Assembly: GCA_937919015.1 (NCBI GenBank)
Contig: CALFPN010000014.1
Coordinates: 1 to 46,174 of the forward strand
DNA: 46,174 nucleotides
Origin: an uncultured Clostridia bacterium
GTDB lineage: Bacteria; Bacillota; Clostridia; Lachnospirales; Anaerotignaceae
Direction of reading: 5' to 3'
Shown: piece after piece, positions 9,673-20,007 of the stretch
Layout of the letters: each line of letters starts with the position of its first letter
Position numbering within the stretch: the first letter of the stretch is position 1
The notes under the pieces: generated by a model
The model's input: only the letters and a program-made list of their open reading frames with translations
What the model was told of the DNA's origin: nothing
The model's database searches: none
Made by a program: the position numbers and the translations under genes

Positions 9673-10803
9673 TTACAGCATTTCTACGAAGGACTGCAGT
9701 CTTGTTTTAACCTGTTCGAAGGATGTTACTTCCTGGTCAACTTCGATCATCAGGTTTTTAACGCCTTTTTCTTCAAATTCTCTGTACATTACAGGGTAAT
9801 CCCATTCTTCGGGATCACAGAATTTCATCATAGCTACGATTACAGCGTCAGCACCTGTAGCGATTGTTTTGTTGATCAGCATTTTGCCGCGGCCTTTCTT
9901 TGTATCTGTTGCAACGGAGCAACCATACATCTGCTGCCATGCTTTTGCCATTCTGTACAGAGGGCCTTCTTCGCCGTCCAGAACGTCAACACGGATCTGT
10001 CTGGATTCCTGAGCCAGATCGTCATCAACGATAGCCAGTTTGAATTCGTCGAAGATTTCCAGAACCTGATTGGGTTCCAGCATGATACCTGTAACAACAA
10101 CTTTTTTGCCATCCCAAGGCTGTACGGGCATAGCTTTTACTTCAGCGATCAGTTCTTTCACCAGTGCTGTGTGTTTTTCTTTCAGCATGAACTGTCTTGC
10201 TTTGAATACAGCATGACGATCAACTGCGCTAATAACCTGAGGGTAGTCAGCTGCTACTTTAACGAATTCACGCATAACTGCTCTGTTTTCGTTGTAAATA
10301 GCGATGGAGTTTTCCAGAGCTGCGTTTGTGATTTTAACACCCAGATAAGCTTCCAGCTGTTTTCTAACCAGTTCGTATTCTGTTACCAGGAATTTGTTAG
10401 CTGCTTCCAGACCTCTGTTCTGAGGGTGTGTGAATACGATAACTTTGTCAGCGTTTGCGCCTTTCCATTTCTGAGACAGACATTTCAGAGTGTCACAAGG
10501 AACGGAGAACAGAACTGCTGCCAGTTCATCATAAACGCCTTCACACTGCAGTTCCATAACCTGCTGCATGATAGAGCATGCAAATGCGGGCAGATATGTA
10601 CGTGCTTTGGAGATCTGTTTGCCCTGAGCACCCCAGATACCCATAGGCAGGTAACCTGTTGCATGTACCATTTCTTCGGGAGCGTAGATAGGCATGATAC
10701 CTACAGCGCCTTTACCTGTTTCAGCTTTATAGTCATCCATTGCTTTTTTAGGATTAGCTGCAACATCTTTCAGTTGGGATAAGATAGCTTCTACTTTACT
10801 CAT
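9673..10803 (-). CDS. lcdB: Lactoyl-CoA dehydratase beta subunit
   Basis: 2-hydroxyacyl-CoA dehydratase family (PAFACSI, VPCDTLK, KFCDPEEWDYP, TRLQSFVEML). Confidence 0.92.
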   Translation of the reverse strand: MSKVEAILSQLKDVAANPKKAMDDYKAETGKGAVGIMPIYAPEEMVHATGYLPMGIWGAQGKQISKARTYLPAFACSIMQQVMELQCEGVYDELAAVLFSVPCDTLKCLSQKWKGANADKVIVFTHPQNRGLEAANKFLVTEYELVRKQLEAYLGVKITNAALENSIAIYNENRAVMREFVKVAADYPQVISAVDRHAVFKARQFMLKEKHTALVKELIAEVKAMPVQPWDGKKVVVTGIMLEPNQVLEIFDEFKLAIVDDDLAQESRQIRVDVLDGEEGPLYRMAKAWQQMYGCSVATDTKKGRGKMLINKTIATGADAVIVAMMKFCDPEEWDYPVMYREFEEKGVKNLMIEVDQEVTSFEQVKTRLQSFVEML

Positions 10804-10821
10804 CGTTTTCTCCTCCTCAAA

Positions 10822-12087
10822 TTATTCTGCTGCCAAGTTTGCTTCCATCATTTCTACCAGTGCCTGTACACGTGTTTCGTACTGTGCAGGGGAGAATACG
10901 TTAGGGTCTGTCTGGTCACCATCGAAGGATACATAAGGTTTACCGTTAACACCTTTGATGATTTCAGCTGTTTCAACGTTCAGGAAGCTCATCAGCTTAC
11001 AAGATCTGTTCAGGTGGTAGATTGTACCATCGATCTTGCCTTTGTTCATGATGTTCAGCAGAACTTCAACTTTGTTGGACAGGCAAGTATTGATGTAGAT
11101 TCTTGTGTAAGCTTCTGCCATGGAGTGCAGGGATTCGTCGTTTGCATCATAGTGCAGATCCCACAGAGCGGGGTATGCTGTACCTGTCATGATAGCACCC
11201 AGATTCTTTGTTGTTTTGAATGTGTGACCCAGGTGAGGCCATACAGCGATACCTTCCCACTGGAATCTTGTTTTTTCTGCGCCTTTGAAAGCATATACGC
11301 CAGCTTTCAGGTTAGCTTCCAGTTCATCTGCGAATGCTTTGAATGTGATTTCAGCATAGTCCAGAGAACGGCAAGCTACGATCAGAGCCATGTAGTTGAA
11401 CAGGTCGAAACCATTCAGAGGAGAGGGTTTGTACTGAGCCATATCAGCGATTCTGTTCCAGTGGTATACGGAACGCTGTGTCTGGTCTTTAACTTCTTTG
11501 AATTTTTTCCAGTCGAAAGGTCTACCGCAGATTACTTCCAGCTGAGAAATAGCGTTTCTGAACTGATCAGCGATATATGCTTTTGCATATTCGGGAATAG
11601 GCATTGTGTGGTTGAAAGGTACGTCGATTACGATGCAGGGGATATCCAGTTCTACAGCCAGATTTTCATACCATTTCAGCAGTGTGTTACAAATGTTGTT
11701 ACATGTGATTACCAGATCGGGCAGGGGAACGTCAGCTGCAGGAGAGTTAACCAGTACTTCGGGTTTAACGCCTGTGATAGCTGCTTCTTTCAGACATTCC
11801 ATGTAACCCATGTTTACTCTACCATAAGAACAGCAGTCGATGTTGTAACCTTTTCTTGCTGCAACGTCCAGCATGTCGATAGCACCTTTTCTAGCACCGA
11901 TACCAGCTGCGTGTGTTTCGGGGTAGATCATAGCGATACCCATTGTTACGCAGAATTCGGAAGGAGCTACGGATGCAGACCAACAAACAAGGTCGCCTCT
12001 TGCTTTAGCTTCTCTTGCGTCCTGGTCAGCTTTGTTCTGGTAGTAGCCTAACAATTTTTTTGCTGTCATGCCTTGTGTTAAACTCAT
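10822..12087 (-). CDS. lcdA: Lactoyl-CoA dehydratase alpha subunit
   Basis: MSLTQGM..., YPETHAAGIGARKG, CCSYGRVNMGY, CNNICNTLLKWYE, NRSCK, DGDQTDP; recognisably LcdA. Confidence 0.94.
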   Translation of the reverse strand: MSLTQGMTAKKLLGYYQNKADQDAREAKARGDLVCWSASVAPSEFCVTMGIAMIYPETHAAGIGARKGAIDMLDVAARKGYNIDCCSYGRVNMGYMECLKEAAITGVKPEVLVNSPAADVPLPDLVITCNNICNTLLKWYENLAVELDIPCIVIDVPFNHTMPIPEYAKAYIADQFRNAISQLEVICGRPFDWKKFKEVKDQTQRSVYHWNRIADMAQYKPSPLNGFDLFNYMALIVACRSLDYAEITFKAFADELEANLKAGVYAFKGAEKTRFQWEGIAVWPHLGHTFKTTKNLGAIMTGTAYPALWDLHYDANDESLHSMAEAYTRIYINTCLSNKVEVLLNIMNKGKIDGTIYHLNRSCKLMSFLNVETAEIIKGVNGKPYVSFDGDQTDPNVFSPAQYETRVQALVEMMEANLAAE

Positions 12088-12104
12088 TCTAATCCCTCTT
12101 TCTT

Positions 12105-12881
12105 TTATTTTTTTGTTGCCGCTTCGTATGCGAAAAGTGCCGCACCGAGAGCGCCTGTTGTTTGTGGATTGGGTGCCACAATTACATCTGTTTTCAATAC
12201 GCTAGCAACCGCTCTAACTACGCCTGCATTTTTTGCAACGCCGCCTGTGAAGACAACGTCTTTTTCCAGACCGCCTCTGTAAGCGAGGCCGCACGCTCTG
12301 CTAGCTACGGACATGTGAACCCCTTTGGCAATGTTATTTCTGCTTGTACCTTTGGAAAGCTGAGAAATAACTTCAGATTCAGCGAATACAGTACAAGTAC
12401 TGCTGATAGGTGCCGTTTCTGTTGCGAGTTCGTCCAGCGTCGCCATTTCATCCAGTGTTGTTTCCAGAACTCTGGCCATAACTTCGATGAAACGACCTGT
12501 ACCTGCCGCACATTTATCGTTCATAAAAAACTGCTTAATACCACCCTTGCTATCCAGTCTGATCGCTTTTGCGTCCTGACCGCCGATATCAATGATCGTA
12601 CGTGCAGTGGGTACCAAAAAGAAAATACCTTTTGCGTGGCAGCTAATCTCGGAGAACTGTTTGTCAGCATCCAGAGAGAATCTGCCGTAGCCTGTTGCAA
12701 CTGTGAAGGCAATGTCTTCCTGCTTCAGACCACTTGCTTCGAAAGCCATTTCAATTGCTTTCTTGGGACCTGTAGAGCCTGTACCTACCTGTACAACCTC
12801 TGCCGCAACGATGTCTTTACCGTCTTTCAAGATAACTACCTTGGAAGAAGCGGAGCCGACGTCAATGCCCATTGTATACAT
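12105..12881 (-). CDS. lcdC: Activator of lactoyl-CoA dehydratase (ASKHA ATPase, 4Fe-4S)
   Basis: GIDVGSASSK, ATGYGR, IDIGGQDAK, MNDKCAAGTG, STCTVFAESE. Confidence 0.93.
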   Translation of the reverse strand: MYTMGIDVGSASSKVVILKDGKDIVAAEVVQVGTGSTGPKKAIEMAFEASGLKQEDIAFTVATGYGRFSLDADKQFSEISCHAKGIFFLVPTARTIIDIGGQDAKAIRLDSKGGIKQFFMNDKCAAGTGRFIEVMARVLETTLDEMATLDELATETAPISSTCTVFAESEVISQLSKGTSRNNIAKGVHMSVASRACGLAYRGGLEKDVVFTGGVAKNAGVVRAVASVLKTDVIVAPNPQTTGALGAALFAYEAATKK

Positions 12882-13085
12882 CCTCGTTTCCCTCCTCTAT
12901 CGTATATTTGACCATGCGATAAACAATCATGAAGAATGTTGGGCGTGGCTCGCTGTCCCCGTGTTGCTTTTTTGCGAACCACCCATCGAACGACATTATA
13001 AAAAACCTATATCCTTCCCTTTTCGAATATAAGTCCTGTCATTCTGATGTACAGGTATTCAGACATAACCCCCTGTACTGGTTTG

Positions 13086-13114
13086 ATTATAACATCAATG
13101 TTTTGACATTTCAA
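13086..13114 (-). promoter_or_regulatory. SigA-type promoter of lcdCAB-pct
   Basis: TTGAAA-17 nt-TATAAT with extended -10 TG; implies a leader of about 200 nt. Confidence 0.65.
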
Positions 13115-13540
13115 CCCAAATTGTTAAAAATTTATTTTTATTTTGGAAAAAATGTCAAAAAATGTCCCAACTTCTCCAAAAACCGCTTTTTTGTATACAA
13201 AGCAATTCGCATGCTACCTATTTTCAAATCTTATTTGTAAAAAGAGTCTTATTTTTTCTCATTTTTTCTTTCGTTTTTGTAAAATCCATTCGTCCTTCTC
13301 CCATTTTTCGCACTAATTCCAAAAGCGGCATTTCATACTTATTTTCTAAAATTTAATCCTATCGGTATTGCAGGCTTTCCATCTTACTGCTTTCTGCCCC
13401 TGATTTTGTTAAATTATATGCAATATCGGACGAGATATGCCCCCTTCTTTTTCTTCTCTGTATACAGTTTTTCCCGTAAATCCGCCTTTTTTTGACTGCT
13501 TTATCGTTTAGTGACTGTATATTTTTTTGTTAAAAAAATA

Positions 13541-13580
13541 AAAAATAGGACTTCCTGCTATTTTTACAGCAAAAAGTCCT
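13541..13580 (-). terminator. Terminator after the patatin gene
   Basis: AGGACTT..TGCT/AGCA..AAGTCCT imperfect stem followed by a T-rich tail on the minus strand. Confidence 0.65.
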
Positions 13581-13592
13581 GCGAAAAAAAAT

Positions 13593-14678
13593 TTAAATTT
13601 TCCGATATTCTATGATTTCCTGTAACAGTTCCGCTTCTGTTCGGATTTGAAAGGGGAAGATGCCCGCCTGCTCTGCGTTTTTTTCCAGAAAGCGCAGCAG
13701 CATCTCATGGTAATCGCCTTCTTTCGCCTTCATCTTTCTGGCAAATCTGGGCAGGAGCTTTTCATTGATCTCTCTGAGCGGAAGTGCTTCCCCAACAAAG
13801 CGTTCAATCATGGACTTCAGCACAAAATATGCCTGCATTTCGCTCCATTGCCGATCAATATAATATTTTTCGCCTGCCAGACCATAAAGCATACGCATGC
13901 CGTCAAAATAACCCAGCATCATGTCCCGTTTCGTGCTTTCTGCATCAAACTGCAGGATGCCGCCCAGTTTTTCCTTTGGCGCAATGGTAATCACATTCGC
14001 ATCCTCCGGTATTTGGATCTTCTTTTCAAAGCCAACACCATAAATACGAATCATGATGATATCCCGATATCCTCTTTTTAATAAAGAATCAATGGGAACG
14101 ATATTCTGCACACTGCCATCCACATAATCTTTTCCGTCCAGCTTCTTTCTCCGGAACACGGGAACATAAGCACTGGCCAGAAGCATATCGATCAATTTTC
14201 CTTTTTCCAGCTCCTTAGCAGAAAGTTCCACTTCTTCCATATCTGTCAGAGAATAGGTCACAAAGAAAAAATCCACCTCTGAATTCCGAATTTTTTCTTC
14301 ATTAATATAAGCCTCCATCATTCTTCTCAGAGGCTCGATATCCAACCCGCCATCCTTCACGATCTCCACAACGTCCCTGAGAAGGCCTTTCACATTCAAG
14401 CCCTCCAGATCCCTATCGTAAATCTTCTTCATCTGCGCATCATCTGCATCGAACACCTGCGAAAACTTTACATTTTCCCAGAGACATACTGCAGTGTCCA
14501 ATTCTCCCGCTGCCATCATGGCACCATTCAATGCGCCGACAGAGGTTCCCGCAACAGCATTATATTTTACACCGGCTTCATCCAACGCCTTCCAGACACC
14601 GGCTTCATAAGCCCCTTTCGCGCCTCCGCCTTCCAGCGCAATGGCATATGTTTTTGATGTGTCAAATTTTAGCTTCAT
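13593..14678 (-). CDS. Patatin-like phospholipase
   Basis: GGGAKG oxyanion motif, GTSVG nucleophile elbow, VDG catalytic Asp. Confidence 0.9.
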   Translation of the reverse strand: MKLKFDTSKTYAIALEGGGAKGAYEAGVWKALDEAGVKYNAVAGTSVGALNGAMMAAGELDTAVCLWENVKFSQVFDADDAQMKKIYDRDLEGLNVKGLLRDVVEIVKDGGLDIEPLRRMMEAYINEEKIRNSEVDFFFVTYSLTDMEEVELSAKELEKGKLIDMLLASAYVPVFRRKKLDGKDYVDGSVQNIVPIDSLLKRGYRDIIMIRIYGVGFEKKIQIPEDANVITIAPKEKLGGILQFDAESTKRDMMLGYFDGMRMLYGLAGEKYYIDRQWSEMQAYFVLKSMIERFVGEALPLREINEKLLPRFARKMKAKEGDYHEMLLRFLEKNAEQAGIFPFQIRTEAELLQEIIEYRKI

Positions 14679-14690
14679 CTGACTACCTCT

Positions 14691-16094
14691 TTAATACTCT
14701 CCCAATTCTGTCAAAGCTGCACGGATCATTTTTCCCGCAATAGGTGTTGCACTACCGTAATTAGAATTTTCAATCAGCACTGCCACAGCCACCTTCGGGT
14801 CTTCCGCAGGAGCAAAACCAATAAACCAGCTATGGTCATTGCCTGTGGCATTTTCTGCCGTACCCGTCTTACCCGCTACTGTGATGCCGCTGACTGCTGC
14901 CGCCGTCCCTGTACCGCTGGTCACAACCTCTGTCATCATATCCTTTAATATAGAAGCTTCTTCCGCAGAACAGATCTCCATCAGCTTTTTCGGAACTGTA
15001 TTTTTTCCTGTATCCCCATTGGGATAGACCACATGATCCACGATATATGGCTGCATCATCATACCCTCATTGGCAATGGCAGAAGCCAGCATAGCCATAT
15101 ATAAAGGAGTCACACCTGTTCTGCCCTGACCGATAGCTGTTTCCACCAGTTCGCTTTCTGTTGCGCCTTTTGCCAGATAGAGATTGTTCCCACTGGTTTC
15201 CAATTCAAAATGGCTGGGGACATCCATGCCTACCTGCCGCATTGTCTTTGCCAGATTATCTGCACCAATCTCCTTTGCCAGTGCCGCAAAATAGCAGTTG
15301 CAGGAAGCCGCCAAAGCTCCTTTCATATCCACCGTACCATGAGCTTTATTATTGTAGCAATGGATGACCTTATCCTCAAAATCCATTTCCCCTGTACATT
15401 CGACGGTAAAGCTCTGCCAATCGGGAAGATACTCCATAGCCGCCAGAGCCGTTACCGTTTTAAAGGTAGAACCGGGCGGATATAATCCCTGCGTTGCCCT
15501 GTTGACTAAAGGGCTATCCGCGTGATCCTTCAATGTTTCCCACTGACTTTCCACACTATTGGGATTAAAATCGGGATATGCCTGCAAGGCAAGGACTCTA
15601 CCGGTAGAAGGTTCCATTACAACAACAGCCCCCTTTGCACTGCCCAGCAGATTCCCCGCTGTACTTTGGATATCCATATCTACGGTCAGGGCAACGCTGT
15701 TGCCCATCAATTCCGTTTTTCTGAAAATACCGCTGACACGCTGAAACAATTCATTTTTCAAGGCCATCAGCGTAAAGTTTTCTGCCGCTTCTACGCCGCT
15801 TTTCCCCACACTGCTGTAGCCTGTGATATGGGCCGCCATACGGGCACGAGGATATTCTCTGCTGTAGGTCCCGTCATTTTGCAGAACACTGGTGGCAAGA
15901 ATTTCTCCATCTCTGTCCAGAATATTTCCGCGGTGAATGGTTTCATCCACATAACGCAAACGATGATTATAAGCATTGCCAGAAATCTCATTCCGATCTA
16001 CCAGAACCAGTTTTCCAAGATAACCCAGCAGCAGAAAAAAACATAGAGCCAGCAGCCAGAACACCCGACGCATGCTGCGCTTCATATTACTCAT
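14691..16094 (-). CDS. Class B penicillin-binding transpeptidase (PbpA-like)
   Basis: N-terminal TM, RG.ILDR.G, SxxK (GSTFK), SxN (SCN), KTG; start at ATG 16094 after GGAGG. Confidence 0.9.
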   Translation of the reverse strand: MSNMKRSMRRVFWLLALCFFLLLGYLGKLVLVDRNEISGNAYNHRLRYVDETIHRGNILDRDGEILATSVLQNDGTYSREYPRARMAAHITGYSSVGKSGVEAAENFTLMALKNELFQRVSGIFRKTELMGNSVALTVDMDIQSTAGNLLGSAKGAVVVMEPSTGRVLALQAYPDFNPNSVESQWETLKDHADSPLVNRATQGLYPPGSTFKTVTALAAMEYLPDWQSFTVECTGEMDFEDKVIHCYNNKAHGTVDMKGALAASCNCYFAALAKEIGADNLAKTMRQVGMDVPSHFELETSGNNLYLAKGATESELVETAIGQGRTGVTPLYMAMLASAIANEGMMMQPYIVDHVVYPNGDTGKNTVPKKLMEICSAEEASILKDMMTEVVTSGTGTAAAVSGITVAGKTGTAENATGNDHSWFIGFAPAEDPKVAVAVLIENSNYGSATPIAGKMIRAALTELGEY

Positions 16095-17478
16095 TCCAGC
16101 CACCTCCCATCTGCAGTGCCATCAATTGTTCTTCTTCCTCTCGGCTCTGCTGTTCGCTGTAAACACATACCCACTGCAAAAGCCCAATCATCATTAAGCT
16201 GACCAGAACAGAACTGCCGCCGTAGCTGACAAAAGGAAGAGTCACACCTGTCAGAGGAATCAGCTTGATGACTCCCCCCAGAATCACAAAGGTCTGGAAA
16301 GAAATCATCGTTGTTACCCCTGCCGCAAGGATGCTGTAATATCTGCGGTTGCAATCCAGCGCGATACGCACACCACGATACAAAATCATAATAAAGATAC
16401 TGATGACACCCATACCAAAGATGACACCGAATTCCTCACAAATCGCCGCAAAGATCATATCACTTTCTACAACAGGGATACTTTTGGGCATACCTTTGGT
16501 CAAACCACTGCCAAACAATCCCCAAGTGGTAATGGCAAAGAGAGAGCTGACGATCTGATAGCCGCCGGTATCAATATCCGCCCAAGGATTTTGCCATGCC
16601 GCCACACGCACACGGACATGGGAAAACAGCTTATAGGCCACCGCTGCTGCGGCACTGGCCGCCCCCATTCCCAAAAAGAACAGAAACTCATTGGATGTGG
16701 CAATATACAGCATAACCATATAAGTCATAAAAAAGATCAGCGCGCTGCCCAGGTCTTTCTGTAGTACCAATAAAAATACCAACCCCGCACTCAAGACTGC
16801 CGTTGTCAGGAACTGTTTCCACTCTACCCTTTTACGGAAGACACTGGCAAGGTAGAAAATAAACAGAAATTTTGCAATTTCTGAAGGCTGGAAGGTAATA
16901 TCCACGGGCCCGATGCCAAAAGACAGCCAGTTCGTAGAACCACCCTTTGCAATGCCGAACAGTCTGGTACACAGGAGCAAGCCATAGCAAGCAATGATAT
17001 ACACCCATTCAAACACTTCAAATCGGGGGATAAAGCGGAAAAATGTTGGCAAAAATGACATCCCCGCCAGACCGATACACATCCACATCAGCTGTCTGTG
17101 GGCCAGATAAGGCTCTACCCTCTGCAGCATAATTAGACTCAGATCCATCAAAAACAGCATCCCCGTCCAAATCAGCGGACAACCTTCGTAAAAGAATCTG
17201 TCCAGCAGTTTGACCGCAAACAATATGAAAGCCAAAGAGACCGCCGCAAAAATCAGCGTTGGGATATCATACATATAAGTCTCCCGATTATAGGAAAGAA
17301 TCAAAAACGCCGTGATATGCATCAAAACCACCAGCCGCCGCTGGATAGACACCGCCGTGTAGGGGTTACCCAGATACCCGCCCTGTTCATAGGCAACATA
17401 AACAATGCCCTGCCACAAAAACAGAACGATATAAACGATAAATGCATATCGACTCAGCATAATGATCAGATCAAACAT
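16087..17478 (-). CDS. FtsW/RodA/SpoVE family SEDS glycosyltransferase
   Basis: Polytopic membrane protein with FQPSEIAK, QKDLG, SDMIFAAICEEFG, PLTGVTLPFVSYGGSS. Confidence 0.92.
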   Translation of the reverse strand: MFDLIIMLSRYAFIVYIVLFLWQGIVYVAYEQGGYLGNPYTAVSIQRRLVVLMHITAFLILSYNRETYMYDIPTLIFAAVSLAFILFAVKLLDRFFYEGCPLIWTGMLFLMDLSLIMLQRVEPYLAHRQLMWMCIGLAGMSFLPTFFRFIPRFEVFEWVYIIACYGLLLCTRLFGIAKGGSTNWLSFGIGPVDITFQPSEIAKFLFIFYLASVFRKRVEWKQFLTTAVLSAGLVFLLVLQKDLGSALIFFMTYMVMLYIATSNEFLFFLGMGAASAAAAVAYKLFSHVRVRVAAWQNPWADIDTGGYQIVSSLFAITTWGLFGSGLTKGMPKSIPVVESDMIFAAICEEFGVIFGMGVISIFIMILYRGVRIALDCNRRYYSILAAGVTTMISFQTFVILGGVIKLIPLTGVTLPFVSYGGSSVLVSLMMIGLLQWVCVYSEQQSREEEEQLMALQMGGGWNE

Positions 17479-17483
17479 TCAAA

Positions 17484-19910
17484 TCACTCCACTCCGCGGA
17501 AGAAATGTCCTTTCGTATTGCCTTTTTCACTCATTTCTCCCAAAAGGTTACGGGTTGCAGGGCTGATGCGTTCCACATCGGCTGTCATTTCCCCATAAGC
17601 TCTGGCAATTTTTTCTGTTCTGCCGGGGCCTTCCTTTGTAAAGTCCAGACGAACATAACCAGTCGTGCTTTCCAGAATTTCATCATAGAATTTCAGTGTA
17701 AACAAAGGCTTCCCGTTCAAAATCGTGCAAACACAGCGTTCGCAGTCTGTCATCAGGGGGAATTTTACACCTTTTCTGTCTCTCAGGAAATACAGATCTT
17801 CCTTATTTCTTTCGGAACAATATTTATGACCATCCTTCCCGCCGACATAGTTGCCAATGGGACACTGCTGGGTTTTCATCAAAGGCAGATAGCCGTAAAC
17901 CACCATTTCGCATTCCCTGTCCCCCATCTGGTTAATTTCCTGCAGATTTGCTTCTACGGACAGACAAACATTGTCCGCCCCCTGCGCCTTCCAGTATTCC
18001 ACCGTCTGACGGTTCATGGCATTCAGGTTATAATCCACAACGATCTTCTTGCCGCTGTCCTTCACCTGAGCGAACTGACCTGCGGAACGTACCAAAAAGC
18101 CATCGATCTCACTGTTTATCAACATATCGATCATGGGCTGTTCCTTTTCGGCATTCCATTCCCTTGCCACTCTGGGCAGGGCGATATACAGACCAACACC
18201 AGCCTTCTGACATCTTGCAACGATCTTATCCAGATTCTTTTCCAGTTCAGAAGAACATTCATAATATACGCGCACAATGCCCTTTGCGTTCAGCACTGCA
18301 TCCAACTGGCCCAGATTCATCACCAGTGCGGTCAGTTTTTTCCGCAGCTGGAAAGGTCTTTTTTCCGGTTTCGCATAAACGGCATCGGATTTCGCCTTCC
18401 GTTTGGATTTCTTGAGGATGGACGCTTCCAGTGCTTCACAGGCTTCGCGGCGTACACGATTCACTTCGCTGACGCTGACGAAAATATACTGATCGATATC
18501 CGTCTGCAGATTTTCCAGTACAAAAGGCGTTGCGCCCATTTTGTTTACTAGCTCTCTCAGCTTCATGGGCAACATAGGAGAAGAACCGGCTGGTTCTACC
18601 ACCGCGCCGCTGACAAATACGCTGTTGCCGCCATTATCCCACAGCTGCAAAGAAATGGGTTCCCCCTCTTTTACCCGCAGCATACCGGAAATAGGCATCT
18701 TTCTGGTATCCCTTTCGTAGGATTTTTTCAGCTCATCATTCAGAGCCTTGCCAAAGGTACGGTAAACCACATCATTTTTATTGATGTCGCCTTCCATGGT
18801 GATGGTGATGACTTCACCGGCTTTAGAATGTTTGGAAACATTGGTGCCCACATGAGGTTCTTCCTGGGTCCATACCTCCAGACCATCCCCGGGCACCAGA
18901 GGTTCCCTGGTACGGATGGTTACCTTCTTGTGTTTTGGCAAATATTTATCAACGATGCCCACCTTCAACCCCCAAGGCTTGGGACGTTCGATGCTCATCA
19001 TATTTCTTCCTGCAAAGGAGGTATAATAGCCCTCTGTGAAACCACCGCGGTTGAAAATCTGCTGCAGAGCTTTGATATCTTCCTTATCCACTTCGTAGTT
19101 CTCGGGATCTTCGAAATACAGATCAATATATTTTCTGTAAATACCTGTGACACCGGCTACATATTCGGGACTCTTCATCCTGCCTTCGATTTTTAAAGAA
19201 GCGATGCCCGCTTCGATCAGTTCCGGCAGAATATTGATTGTCATAATATCCTTTGGAGAAAGCAGATAGCCTTCTTCCATATTTTCGTAACCTTTATATA
19301 GTGTATAAGGCAGACGGCAGGTCTGAGCACAGCGGCCGCGGTTACCGCTTCTGCCGCCAAGGATACTGCTCATGATGCACTGACCGGAATAGCAGACACA
19401 CAAAGCACCATGGACGAATGTTTCGATTTCTGCATCGACATTTTCTGTGATCTGTCTGATTTCTTCGATAGAAAGTTCACGACTCAGAACGATCTTGTCA
19501 AAGCCCTGACTTTCCCAATACTTCACATCCGCCAAAGAATTGCAGGTCATCTGCGTGCTTGCATGGAGAGGGAAATCGGAAAAATGTTCTTTCACTAATT
19601 TTGCTGCTCCGGCATCCTGCATAATCAGCGCATCTACGCCCATTTCATACAAAGCCTTGATGTATGTCAGAAAACCTTTCAATTCTTCCTCTTTATATAC
19701 GGTATTTACCGTTACATATACCTTTACCCCTCTCAGGTGGCAATAATCACAGGCAGCCTCCAGTTCCTGCAGATCGAAATTGCCTGCGTATGCTCTTGCA
19801 CTGAACTGTTTTCCCCCCAGATAAACCGCATCACAGCCGCTGTTCACTGCTGCTCTCAGGCTGTCCATAGAACCTGCGGGAGAAAGCAGTTCCGGTTTCA
19901 TTATCGTCAT
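17484..19910 (-). CDS. U32 family protein with DUF3656-type extension (RlhA-like RNA hydroxylation family)
   Basis: PELLSPAG, HASTQ, E.FVHGALC..YSGQC, RSGNRGRCAQTCR, LKIEGRMKSPEYV; 808 aa. Confidence 0.85.
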   Translation of the reverse strand: MTIMKPELLSPAGSMDSLRAAVNSGCDAVYLGGKQFSARAYAGNFDLQELEAACDYCHLRGVKVYVTVNTVYKEEELKGFLTYIKALYEMGVDALIMQDAGAAKLVKEHFSDFPLHASTQMTCNSLADVKYWESQGFDKIVLSRELSIEEIRQITENVDAEIETFVHGALCVCYSGQCIMSSILGGRSGNRGRCAQTCRLPYTLYKGYENMEEGYLLSPKDIMTINILPELIEAGIASLKIEGRMKSPEYVAGVTGIYRKYIDLYFEDPENYEVDKEDIKALQQIFNRGGFTEGYYTSFAGRNMMSIERPKPWGLKVGIVDKYLPKHKKVTIRTREPLVPGDGLEVWTQEEPHVGTNVSKHSKAGEVITITMEGDINKNDVVYRTFGKALNDELKKSYERDTRKMPISGMLRVKEGEPISLQLWDNGGNSVFVSGAVVEPAGSSPMLPMKLRELVNKMGATPFVLENLQTDIDQYIFVSVSEVNRVRREACEALEASILKKSKRKAKSDAVYAKPEKRPFQLRKKLTALVMNLGQLDAVLNAKGIVRVYYECSSELEKNLDKIVARCQKAGVGLYIALPRVAREWNAEKEQPMIDMLINSEIDGFLVRSAGQFAQVKDSGKKIVVDYNLNAMNRQTVEYWKAQGADNVCLSVEANLQEINQMGDRECEMVVYGYLPLMKTQQCPIGNYVGGKDGHKYCSERNKEDLYFLRDRKGVKFPLMTDCERCVCTILNGKPLFTLKFYDEILESTTGYVRLDFTKEGPGRTEKIARAYGEMTADVERISPATRNLLGEMSEKGNTKGHFFRGVE

Positions 19911-20007
19911 AATATTCCCCTTTCTTTTTCAAGCTTTTATATTGAAAGAAAAGAGCAGATTTCAGGTATATTCCCGATTTTCCACTCTTTCTATGTACAC
20001 TCTTTTT

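Noticed and set aside
8139..12911. Long plus-strand ORFs (488, 203, 345, 249 aa) antisense to pct/lcd
   Set aside because: Shadow ORFs caused by the strong codon bias of highly expressed genes; no RBS or protein motifs
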